From Heteronotia binoei (lineage: Eukaryota): a stretch of 63,601 nt of DNA. The notes beneath the pieces were generated by a model. The model did no database searches, was not told the origin of the DNA, and saw only the letters and a program-made list of their open reading frames with translations. Made by a program: the position numbers and the translations under genes. The stretch lies in contig NC_083223.1 in assembly GCF_032191835.1 (NCBI RefSeq), positions 806,001 through 869,601 on the forward strand, in the 5' to 3' direction. Positions 51,725 to 61,300 of the stretch are shown one piece after another (position 1 is the stretch's first letter; each line of letters starts with the position of its first letter).

Positions 51725-51800
51725 ATGGGCCGGCTGCTGCTGCTGCCGCCGCCCCCGGGGCGCCGGGCCCGAGTCCCCGCAGGGCTGCTCCTTCTGCTCG
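51725..51800 (+). CDS. LAMP5: LAMP5 exon 1 coding part (signal peptide): [25 protein letters not shown](G)
   Basis: ATG in good context (ggcATGG), Leu-rich core, donor gtgagc, phase 1 matches exon 2. Confidence 0.8.
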
Positions 51801-52004
51801 GTGAGCGCTGCCTTCCCCGGACGGGGCTTTCTGCCCAGCCCCCCCTGCCCCTGTTTGGCGCAGCTGGGGAGCCGCTGGCTGCGAGGGCGGCGGGGGGGAG
51901 CGGACCGTGGAGAGGCTGGCCGGGGGGCCGGGCTGGGCGTCGGGGAAAGCCTTCCGCCCCCTGCCCAGCTCAGCCCAGCGGCGTGGTGCTTCTGCTCCCG
52001 GCAG

Positions 52005-52183
52005 GGGCGGCGCTGTCGGGGGGCGGCGCGGCGGCGCAAGAAGTGGAGAACCTGTCGGGCCTCTCGCCCAACCCGGAGAAGGTCATCTTCGCCGTGCGCC
52101 AGAACGAGACCACCTGCCTCATGGCCGAGTTCGCCGCCCGCTTCCTCGTCCCCTACGACGTCTGGGCCAGCAACTTCGTCGAC
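52005..52183 (+). CDS. LAMP5: LAMP5 exon 2: (G)[59 protein letters not shown]
   Basis: Close match to remembered LAMP5 [33 protein letters not shown]; acceptor ggcag, donor gtaagc. Confidence 0.96.
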
Positions 52184-53074
52184 GTAAGCGCCCCCCCTCC
52201 CCCGCCCCTCCGCTGCCTCCAACACCTGCCCCGCGCGGGGCTTTCTCCGGCGCCTCCACCGGCCCCTGGATCGCGCGCCCCCGACTCTGGGAAGGTCCAC
52301 AGAAGGCCCCAGGCCAGCGCAGCCTTCGCCGTCCCGTCGGCGCCCCGGGGCTCGCCTGCAAGATGCCCCCTCCGTCACCCCCTCCCATTCTCGGCTGCGG
52401 GTTGCCAGGCAATGCGTCGCCCCCCCCCCCCCGCACCGCCTCCCACCGGATCCGCACACCCGCAAGCACACCGAGGAAAAGGCTCCGCGCCCCCACCCGT
52501 CTTTGTGAGCCCCCCCGTCTGGTTTGCAAACCTCGGAGGCGGGCGGCTCCTGGGGGGGGGGGGTCGGGAGAGGCGAGTTTGCCCTTTCTCCTTCCGCCCC
52601 CCCCCCCCCGGTTGCAGAGCTTTGCTGGAGCGGCTCCCTTCCCCGAGGGGCTGCAAACTTCGCTTTTCCTTGGGAGGGGTTTTCCCCGTGGTCCCCCCCT
52701 CTCCGGCCTCCAAGCGTTTCTGTCCAGCGCCGGTCCCGGGCGGGTTGCGGGGAGGGGGAGGGCCGGGCTGGAGGACATCTGTAGGGCGGCTGTGGGGCTA
52801 AGCGGGGCGGGGGGGGCAACGCTCCCTCTAAGGCGTGGGGTCTTCTTGGGAGCAGGAAATCCCTCTCTTGCTGCTCGCTCCTGCAGCAGTTCCTTGGCCC
52901 CGGGGCCCGCCCTTCCTGAGCGAAGACCAAAGGTGGGTGCGGGAGGCTGAGGACCGGGGAGCGGGCTCACACGCCCTCCGCTGCTGCCCGGGGTGGCGGG
53001 GCGGGGGGACGGCCCTGGTGGGTCCTCCGAGGGAGACTGACGCCCCTTCCCGTCCCTCCCTCCCTGGCCGGCAG

Positions 53075-53206
53075 CTGATCACGGAGCAGGCGTCCATCCC
53101 GCTGTCCCGCGGCGCCGAGGAGCAGGGGCGGTGCGGCGCCAACGAGTCGGAGCTGCAGATCTCCTGGGCCCAGCGCGCCTTCTCCCTTCGCCTCTCCTTC
53201 GTCAAG
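53075..53206 (+). CDS. LAMP5: LAMP5 exon 3: [44 protein letters not shown]
   Basis: Matches LAMP5 LITEQADIALTRGAEVKGRCG; acceptor ggcag, donor gtaccc. Confidence 0.95.
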
Positions 53207-53458
53207 GTACCCCCCCGCCGCCCCCCGACGGGAGGGCGGGCGGGAGGAAGGCGGGAGGGCAGCGGGGGCCCCGGACGCCCACTGGGGGAGCCCTCCCAGG
53301 CCAGCAGGGGGAGGGGCAGCGGGGGCCCCGTCGAGGAAAACCAGGTCCCGCCGCCCCCTTCAAGCCCGGCCCCTGGGTAGGCAGAGAGAGGCCCCCACCC
53401 CCACCAGGCCGGTCTGGCTGACTGATCCCCTTTCTCCCCCACCCCACCCGATGGCCAG

Positions 53459-53564
53459 GAGGGGCGCAACAGCAGCCGGGGGGCGGAGGCCTGGTGGAAG
53501 ATGAACCGAGTCCAGTTCATCTACGACAGCTCCGAGCGCACCTACTTCAAGGACCCCGTCAACC
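53459..53564 (+). CDS. LAMP5: LAMP5 exon 4: EGRNSSRGAEAWWKMNRVQFIYDSSERTYFKDPVN
   Basis: Matches LAMP5 VQFVYDSSEKTHFKDAVS; acceptor gccag, donor gtgagt. Confidence 0.95.
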
Positions 53565-53661
53565 GTGAGTGGTTCTTCTCCCACCCCCGAAGGGGCCTGA
53601 GAGGGGGGCGGGGGAGGTAGGAAAAGGAGAGAGGCTGCGGCCCAGCGGGAAATGGATATGG

Positions 53662-53930
53662 GGACATCAGGAGACCAGAGCCCAGCTGGGTCAGAGCAGG
53701 GAGGGTCCATCTAGTCCAGCCTCCCGTCTCACACAGGGGCCAACCAGTCCCTCTGGAGGGACAACAGGGCAGAGAGGCCGAGGCCTTCCCCAGCTGTTGC
53801 TTTCTGGCTCTGGGATTCAGAGGATTCGTGACTCAAAATGTGGAAGTTTCCCTCAGTCACAGTGGCTAGTAGTCACTCACAGACTTCCTCTCCATCAGTA
53901 TATCCAATCCCGCTTTAAAACTGGATGATG
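53662..53930 (-). mobile_element. CR1 3' end running into a gap
   Basis: Same unit type as 18671-19223. Confidence 0.8.
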
Positions 53931-54950
53931 NNNNNNNNNNNNNNNNNNNNNNNNNNNNNNNNNNNNNNNNNNNNNNNNNNNNNNNNNNNNNNNNNNNNNN
54001 NNNNNNNNNNNNNNNNNNNNNNNNNNNNNNNNNNNNNNNNNNNNNNNNNNNNNNNNNNNNNNNNNNNNNNNNNNNNNNNNNNNNNNNNNNNNNNNNNNNN
54101 NNNNTGACAGGCAGGAATAGCTCTCCTGTTTCCTGGAATATTTTGAAAGGGAAAGTGGGCACGATCCTTGTCATGCTTTTCCCTTCTCTTCCTTCTTTGG
54201 ACAGCTTCACACTGCATGTCTCTGTTGCCATAGTGCCTTCAGGATCTTCAGGGAAATATTTCCCTCCCCCCTCCCCTTTCATTTCCTCTCCCCCTTTCCT
54301 TGTTTCTTTCCAGCCCTGAAACCCACGAAACCCGCCTTCCCTTTCACACCCACGCTGGCTTCCCTCTGCACCTGAGTCCCGCCCCAGAGAGGCTGAGGGA
54401 GGCCTGCTGCTTGGTGGTTTCTCTTCTGAGAAGAGGGTGGGGAGAAAGTGCTCTTCCTATTCAAGGGCAGGCAGAAGTGCTGGGGTGAAAGGCCTCATGT
54501 CCATAGGACGGTCTGAAAGACATCCATTTCATCTGTGTGGACAGTTCCATAGGATTTGGTGTCATGTACAGTAATGGCACAGCCATGTCTTTTCCCAAAG
54601 GTGTTTCTTTGTGGTGAGAAAGGCTGGGGATGGGAAGAAGTTCCTTTCATAGGAAAGTCTCTTAATGGGACGTAGCAGCAAAGTTGGGTGTTTAGAAGCC
54701 ATTTATTCCAGTTGCTTTTCTGTCTGTTGGGGATCTTGCAGCTAGACTGCGTTGCTTCTAAGATTTCTGGGTACCTTCAGTCACATGAACAGCCCTGCAG
54801 ATTTCCGTGGTGCATTGTCTGACTTACAATTCTGCACACGTACAGATATTTCGGAGTGTTGTGTTTCATGCCGTATGCCTTCATCCTCCCCACCCCACCC
54901 CACCCCCCAAGTCCACATTTGCTGCTTTGAGCAATACCACCCCCCCCAGG

Positions 54951-55253
54951 CAGGGGTGGCCAAACTCTGGCTTTGGAGCCACATGTGGCTCTTTCACACA
55001 TATTGTGTGGCTCTTGAAGCCCCCGCTGTCCTGTGGGCCGGCTTGGAGAAGGTGTTTGTCTCTTTAAATCCAAGCCCGTGGCTTGGAGAATGCATTTAAA
55101 GTTGCTTTCTTTCCACCTCTCCCTCCCCCATCAATTTGCCTCCCTCCTTTCCTTGCGGCTCCCAAACATCTGACGTTCATGTCTTGTGTGGCTCTCAAAC
55201 ATCTGGTGTTTATTCTATGTGTCTCTTACCTTAAGCAAGTTTGGCCACCTCTG
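54951..55253. mobile_element. hAT-type MITE (CAGGGGTGGCCAAAC...GTTTGGCCACCTCTG), abutting a family D MITE to about 55439
   Basis: TIRs visible; partial homolog at about 32720-32800. Confidence 0.78.
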
Positions 55254-55458
55254 CTCTAAGCTGTGGAGTCTTGAGAGCAAAAATTCTACTTTGTGAGCTG
55301 GTGGCACGAAAGTTGTGAGCTGCTGCATAAATCAGTTTGCTCTCTGGGGCCATTTCCCTGAGCTAAGACAAAAATGTGGCAGCCTGAGTCTAAAAAACTG
55401 TGAACTGGCTCCCACTAAGTCAGCGTAGAGGGAACACTGGTCTTGAGTAGGACGAGAG

Positions 55459-55617
55459 GAGGGCATCGTGCAGCGGTGAAGAGTGCTAGGCTAGAATCTG
55501 GGGGACCCAGGCTCAACCTCAGTTCTGCCCTCGAAGCTCTTTGGGTGACCTTGGGAGGGCACAGCCTCTCTTCGCTTAACCCACGGCACAGTCCTGCTGT
55601 TGTGAGAATAAAAGGAA
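55459..55617 (+). mobile_element. Old MIR-like SINE
   Basis: Degenerate tRNA head, gggtgaccttggg core and gttgtgagaataaaa. Confidence 0.6.
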
Positions 55618-56087
55618 AGAGAGAAGGAACGGTGTGTTCCACCATGAGGTCTGTGGAGTCAGGCTCCAAAGGATTGTGTGGATTAATGTAGGGGAGAGGG
55701 AACAGAGCCCACAGGTCCCCACCAATCACTCAGCACCTACAGCAATTATTGCCATAGAAATGCCAGATACGCTGCACTGCCAGAGCCAGATTAACAATTA
55801 GGCCAAGTAGGCACTGATCTATGGGCTCCCACGCCTTTANNNNNNNNNNNNNNNNNNNNNNNNNNNNNNNNNNNNNNNNNNNNNNNNNNNNNNNNNNNNN
55901 NNNNNNNNNNNNNNNNNNNNNNNNNNNNNNNNNNNNNNNNNNNNNNNNNNNNNNNNNNNNNNNNNNNNNNNNNNNNNNNNNNNNNNNNNNNNNNNNNNNN
56001 NNNNNNNNNNNNNNNNNNNNNNNNNNNNNNNNNNNNNNNNNNNNNNNNNNNNNNNNNNNNNNNNNNNNNNNNNNNNNNNNNNNNNNN

Positions 56088-56205
56088 TTAGCAAGAGCTA
56101 TGGCTGACCCAAGGCCATTCCAGCAGCTGCAAGTGGAGGAGTGAGGAATCAAACCTGGTTCTCCCAGATAAGAGTCCACACACTTAACCACTACACCAAA
56201 CTGGC
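56088..56205 (-). mobile_element. CORE-type SINE 5' part, remainder in gap
   Basis: Matches the other copies. Confidence 0.85.
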
Positions 56206-57267
56206 TAATGAAGAAAAGAAGGCCATGAATGCCAAACTTATTTGACAAGAAATTACTCAAATCAGCAAACAGCCCCCCAAAGGAGATTATAGAACACCCT
56301 CCCCAGAGAGCTGCCCTCTACAAGGGACAGCAGAAGACCAGTTTATTTTGGACTGCATTTGACTGATTTGGTGTCTTTTATTGGCAACCCTTACTGGAGT
56401 TCTAAATGTGTAACCTTTTGTGTGCCTCTAATTGTTGCTTTATCATTTAACAATTTTAAATGGTTTTATTTCTACTGTAAGCTNNNNNNNNNNNNNNNNN
56501 NNNNNNNNNNNNNNNNNNNNNNNNNNNNNNNNNNNNNNNNNNNNNNNNNNNNNNNNNNNNNNNNNNNNNNNNNNNNNNNNNNNNNNNNNNNNNNNNNNNN
56601 NNNNNNNNNNNNNGACAATCATTGTCTCTTTTTCTGGTTAACTCCCTGGGAGAGGCCAAGAGACTTGTCCCTTCCCTCCTGCACCTTTGGGAAGAGTCAG
56701 GAAGGCCTGCTAATGCCTCTGAGGCTAGAGTGGGATTCGTCTCTGGCATCCTGTAATTTTGTTGTGCTGATGCCCTCCTTACCTAAAGTCCTTAGCCCGG
56801 GGTGAGACAGACACTTTTGACATGACCCCTGCCTAACCAAAGAAACAAGAAGTTGGTTAAATGTCGTCGACCTGCCCAAACCACTTCTTTATTCAAATAT
56901 TTATACCCCACTTTTACTGTGACCCAAGGCAGCTTACAAATCATACTGATAATAGTAGGTGTGCAAAAAAAAAAAAAGATTTTTCCTGCTCCATTATAGC
57001 CTATGTGGAGCATTATAGTCCATGGGCCCCACAGGCTATGATGGAAACTCAATCTGGGAGCATTTGGGGGTCTGGGGGGACTGTTTATTAACTTTGCAGC
57101 ATGGTTGCTGGTGCTTCTCCTAAAAAAGCAAACAACCCCCCCCCCCAAGTTTCAAAAATGGTTGGGCCAGGGGTTCAAAATCTGTGGACCCCCAAAGAAG
57201 GTGCCCCCAGACTCCATTGCTTCCAAAGGAGAGAGAAAGAGCTTGTGAGCTGGAAGCTAAAATCTCT

Positions 57268-58148
57268 GGAAAAGGGAAGGTCCCCTGTGCAAGCACCAGT
57301 CATTTCCGACTCTGGGGTGACGCTGCTTTCACAACGTTTTCACGGCAGACTTTTGATGGGGTGGTTTGCCATTGCCTTCCCCAGTCATAAGAACATAAGA
57401 GAAGCCATGTTGGATAAGGCCAATGGCCCATCCAGTTCAACACTCTGTGTCACACAGTGGCCAAAAAATTTATATACACACTGTGGCTAATAGCCACTGA
57501 TGGACCTCTGCTCCATATTTTTATCTAACCCCCTCTTGAAGCTGGCTATGCTTGTAGCCGCCACCACCTCCTGTGGCAGTGAATTCCACATGTTAATCAC
57601 CCTTTGGGTGAAGAAGTACTTCCTTCTATTCGTTTAAACCTGACTGCTCAGCAATTTCATTGAATGCCCATGAGTTGTGAGAAAGGGAGAAAAGGACTTC
57701 TTTCTCTACCTTCTCCATCCCATGCAGAATCTTGTAAACCTCTATCATGTCACCCCGCAGTCGACGTTTCTCCAAGCTAAAGAGCCCCAAGCGTTTTAAC
57801 CTTTCTTCATAGGGAAAGTGTTCCAACCCTTTAATCATTCTAGTTGCCCTTTTCTGCACTTTTTCCAATGCTATAATATCCTTTTTGAGGTGCAGTGACC
57901 AGAATTGCACACAGTATTCCAAATGAGACCTCACCATCGATTTATACAGGGGCATTATGATACTGGCTGATTTGTTTTCAATTCATCTACACTTTCCCCC
58001 CAGCAAGCTGGGGATTCCTTTTACCGACCTCGGAAGGATGGAAGACTGAGTCAACCTCGAGCCGGCTACCTGAAAACGCAGCTTCCATCGGGGATCGAAT
58101 TCAGGTCGTGAGCAGAGCTTAGGACTGCAGGACTGCAGCTTTAACACT
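57268..58148 (-). mobile_element. Sauria-type SINE interrupted by a CR1 3' fragment (about 57389-57982)
   Basis: SINE sequence ccccagtcat|ctacactttcc is split; the insert encodes [19 protein letters not shown]...[16 protein letters not shown]. Confidence 0.87.
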
Positions 58149-58220
58149 TTGTTTGTCAGGACCCTAGCACAATTTGAGGGGACACAATTCCTCAGCCTCC
58201 TCCTCAGTTGATGCTGGACT

Positions 58221-58226
58221 TTTATT
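58221..58226 (-). terminator. AATAAA downstream of the repeat ORF
   Basis: tttatt on the + strand at 58221-58226; TTGTG elements follow on the minus strand. Confidence 0.5.
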
Positions 58227-58300
58227 GGGTGCAACTTCTCATTTCCTCCCTCCCCCCCCCTCCGGTTCTTCCGTAGCTACCTGTGCCTCCCTTTGCACCT

Positions 58301-61300
58301 TTAGGGCCTCTTGCTGAGCTCTTCCATTTTCTTTCTTCTGGCTGCCTCCAGCTCCTGCAGGGCTTCCCTCTGGGCCAGCTGGAGTTCTTCTTGGGCTCTC
58401 TCTGCCTCCTCCCTCTTTTCCATTGCGATCTTCTCCGCTCTTTCCTGCTCCTCTAACACTTTTCTTTGAAGTTGTGAAAGTTCTTTCACGGCAGTCTCAG
58501 CTCTTTCTCTTGCTTTCATTGCTTTGTTAGCCTTTTCCTGTTCTTCTAGGCACTTTTCCTGATCCTTTAAAAGTTCTTCCTGGGCCTTTTGAGCTTTCTC
58601 TTTTGCCACTCTCTTCTCAGCCCTTTCCTGTTCTTCCAGGACATTCCTATGGCTTATTGAAAGTTCTTCCGGGGCCACCTCAACTATATGCCTTTCTTTT
58701 AGTGCTGTCTCAGCCCTTTCTTGTTCTTCAAAGGCTGTTCTCCGAATCGTTATAAGTCCTTCCTGAGCTTTTGGAGCTCCCCCTCTTTCTTTCAGCGCTT
58801 TCAGCTCAAGCTTTTCTTGTTCTTCTAAGACCTTCCTTTCAGTTTTTGCAAGTTCTTCCAGTGCTGCCACAATCATCCTTCTTTCATGCACTGCTTTCTT
58901 CTCAGCCCTTTCCTGTTCTTCTAGGACCACCCTATGAATCTTTGAAAACTCTCCCAGGGCTGACTCAGCCATTTCTGGTTCTTGCATGGCTCTCTGGGCC
59001 TTCTCCTGTTCTTCAAGGACCTTTATCTGGATTTCTGAAAGTTCTTTCTTGGCTTTTTGAGCTCTCTGGACTTCACACATTGCTTTCTTAAAAGCCTCTT
59101 CTTGTTCATCTAGAATCCTTCTCTGAATCTTTGCAACTTCTTCCAGGCCTGCTTCAGCCATCTTTTGTTCCTCCTTTGCTTTCCGCTCAGCTTTTTCTTG
59201 TTCTTCCAGGACTTTCCCCTGACTCTTCGAAAGTTCTCTCAGGGCTGCCTCAACTACATGTTTTTCTTGTAGTGCTTTCTTAGCCAATTCTTGTTCTTCA
59301 AGGACTCTTCTGTGAATCTTTATAAGCTCTTCCTGGGCTTTTTGAGTTCTCTCTCTTTCTTTCAGTGCTCTCAGCTTGAGCTTTTCTTGTTCTTCTAAGA
59401 CCTTCCTATGAGCCCTTGAAAGCTCTTCCAGGGCTGCTTCAGTTGTCCTTCTTTCTTGCATGGCTTTCTTCTCAGCCCTTTCCTGTTCTTCAAGGACCTT
59501 TCTCTGAATTTCTAAGAGTTCTTCCTTGGCTTTTTGAGCTCTCTGGATTTCACACATTGCTTTCTTTTCTGCTTCTTCTTGTTCATGTAGGACCTTTCTC
59601 TGAATCTTCAAAAGTTCTTCCAGGTCTGCTTCAGCCATCTTTCGTTCCTCCTTTGCTTTCCTCTCAGCCTTTTCCTGTTCCTCAAGGACCTTCTGATGCT
59701 TCCTTGAAAGTTCTTCCATTGCTACCTTGGTTTCTTCTCGTTCTTGCAGGGCTTTCTTCTTAGCCCTTTCGTGTTCTTCTAAAACCATCCTATGAATCTT
59801 TGAAAGTTCTTGGAGGGCCAACTCAACCATTTCTCGTTCCTGCATGACTTTTTTTGCCTTTTCCTGTTCTTCAAAGACCTGTATTTGGATTTCTGAGAGT
59901 TCTTCCTTGGCTTTTTGAGCTCTCTGGATCTCATGCATTACTTTCTTTTCAGCTTCTTTGTGTTCATCCAGGATCTGTCTTTGGATCTTTACAAGTTCTT
60001 CCAGGTCTGCTTCAGCTAACTTTCTTTCCTCCTTCACTTTCATCTCAGCTTTCTCCTGTTCCTCAAGGACCTTCCTATGAGTCTTCGAAAGCTCTTCCAG
60101 GGCTGCCTCAGCTTCTGCTCGTTCTTGGGACGCCTTCTTGGCCTTTTCCTGTTCTTCAAGGACCTGTATCTGGATTTCTGAGAGTTCTTCCTTGGCTTTT
60201 TGAGCTCTCTGTATTTCACACATTGCTTTCTTTTCAGCTTCTTCTTGTTCATGTAGAACCTTCCTCTGAGTCTTTAAAAGTTCTTCTAGTTCTGCTTCAG
60301 CCATCTTTCTTTCCTCCTTTGCTTTCCTCTCAGCTTCTTCCTGTTCTTCTAGGATCTTCTGATGAGTCTTTGAAAGTTCTTCCAGGGCTGCCTTGGCCAC
60401 TTCTCTTTCTTGCATGGCTTTCTTGGCCTTTTCCTGTTCTTCAAGGACCTTTCTCTGGATTTTTAAGAGTTCTTCCTTGGCTTTCTGAGTTCTCTGGATT
60501 TCACACATTGCTTTCTTTTCAGCTTCTTTGTGTTCATCCAACATCTGTCTTTGAATCTTTGCAAATTCTTCTAGTTCTGCTTCAGCCATCTTTCTTTCCT
60601 CCTTCGCTTTCCTCTCAGCCCTTTCCTGTTCCTCTAGGACTTTCCTATGAGTCTTTGAAAGTTCTTCCAGGGCTGCCTCTAATTCTTGCTTGGTTTTCTT
60701 CTTAGCCCTTTCGTGTTCTTCTAAGACTACCCTATGAATCTTTGAAAGCTCTTCTAGGGTTGCTTCGGCCATTTCTCGTTCTTGGATTGCTTTCTTGGCC
60801 TTCTCCTGTTCTTCGAGGACCTTTACCTGGATTTCTGAGAGTTCTTCCTTGGCTTTTTGAGCTCTCTGGATCTCATGAGTTGCTTTCTTTTCAGCTTCTT
60901 TGTGTTTGTCCAGGATCTGTCTTTGAATCTTTGCAAGTTCTTCTAGGTCTGCTTCAACCATCTTTCTTTCCTCCATTGCTTTTCTCTCAGCCCTTTCCTG
61001 TTCCTCAAGGACCTTCCTATGAGTCTTTAAAAGTTCTTCCTCAAGGACCTTTCTCTGGATTTCTGAAAATTCTAAGAGCTTTCTCTGAATTTTTGCAAGT
61101 TCTTCCAGGTCTGCTTTAGCCATCTTTATTTCCTCCATAACTTTCCTCTCAGCGCTTTCTGGATCCTCTAGGACCTTCCTATGAATCTTTGAAAGTTCTT
61201 GCAGGGCCAACTCAGCCATTTCTCGATCTTTCATTGCTTCTTGGACCTTTTCCTGCTCTTCAAAGACCTTTATCTGGATTTCTGAGAGTTTTTCCTTGGC

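Larger units (their letters stand above)
49600..53640. promoter_or_regulatory. CpG island spanning the LAMP5 promoter and exons 1-4
   Basis: Visibly very GC- and CpG-rich, TE-free, with GGGCGG boxes; boundaries approximate. Confidence 0.9.

Noticed and set aside
50859-53520. Long ORFs on both strands (442, 549, 415, 347, 283 and 230 aa) as independent genes
   Set aside because: Stop-poor CpG-island sequence with low-complexity G/A/P/R translations; only the spliced LAMP5 segments are recognisable.
57626-57955. Host protein-coding gene (also 23269-23811, 12651-13004 and 62795-63025)
   Set aside because: The peptides are CR1 ORF2 C-terminal remnants.
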